From contig JAFURK010000011.1 in NCBI GenBank assembly GCA_017480975.1, positions 1 to 50,592 on the forward strand: 50,592 nt of DNA, given 5' to 3'. A program made the translations under genes and the position numbers. Origin of the DNA: Bacilli bacterium (GTDB lineage Bacteria; Bacillota_I; Bacilli_A; RF39; UBA660). Of this stretch, positions 50,403 through 50,592 are shown in pieces. Under the pieces are notes generated by a model. The model made no database searches. It had not been told where the DNA came from and saw only the letters and a program-made list of their open reading frames with translations. Position 1 is the first letter of the stretch. Every line of letters begins with the position of its first letter.

Positions 50403-50592
50403 TTAAATAGATTTTCTCTATTTTAATTTGTCCCTCTCACACCACCACTCATGCGGTTCTCGTAAGTGGCGGTTCAACCTATGGGTAATATATGAACTTT
50501 ATTATATTGGTCTATTGGACATAAAAGACCTCTTTTTTGAAGTCTTTCATTTGATATAGCTTTATGAATAACTGGTGTCATACTCATTTTCC
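50403..50592 (-). mobile_element. 3' end of group II intron copy A (runs off the window)
   Basis: IEP C-terminus KMSMTPVIHKAISNERLQKRGLLCPIDQYNKVHILPIG-stop (50474..50592). A GC-richer helix follows (ACCGCCACT / AGTGGTGGT), then the same ~45-nt tail as copy B (50403-50450 versus 49156-49200). Confidence 0.7.

Noticed and set aside
50232-50426. Plus-strand ORF 50232..50426
   Set aside because: It lies antisense within the structured 5' RNA domain of group II intron copy B and across the intron junction, so it is not a gene.

Overview
Very AT-rich (by eye over 70% A+T) low-GC Bacillota-type chromosome segment, with almost all genes on the minus strand. No rRNA, tRNA or CRISPR array was seen. 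All family calls come from reading motifs by eye; no searches were run.

The conserved backbone is pgk (partial), valS, rny, radC, Fur/PerR-like regulator plus rubrerythrin, glyQS with a T-box leader, uvrB, archaeal-type proS, yqeK and two polysaccharide deacetylase-like genes.

Accessory material, in window order:
- 3.3-7.0 kb: a class B sortase operon. Its seven-repeat Cna-B surface protein (PPQTG sorting signal) is split by loss of one base in a poly(A) tract.
- 16.35-17.57 kb: an Rpn/PD-(D/E)XK nuclease gene followed by a duplicated free-standing copy of its own C-terminal domain.
- 22.5-23.2 kb: decayed IS200/IS605 debris.
- 23.4-27.8 kb: an island of four orphan genes, each with its own promoter (mini protein-kinase-like protein, 405-aa unknown, NrtR-like Nudix regulator, transglutaminase-like Cys protease). 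This is my best candidate for an undescribed system, but I cannot assign a function.
- 33.19-33.34 kb: an unannotated 49-codon Gly/Tyr-rich membrane micro-ORF.
- 33.4-34.06 kb: a second IS200/IS605 remnant.
- 34.1-49.0 kb: a glycan biosynthesis locus of about 15 kb (Stealth phosphotransferase, GT11 fucosyltransferase, Wzx, Gtr-like parts, several GT2/GT1 genes, GalE).
- 49.16-50.59 kb: two tandem group II intron copies, one of them decayed.
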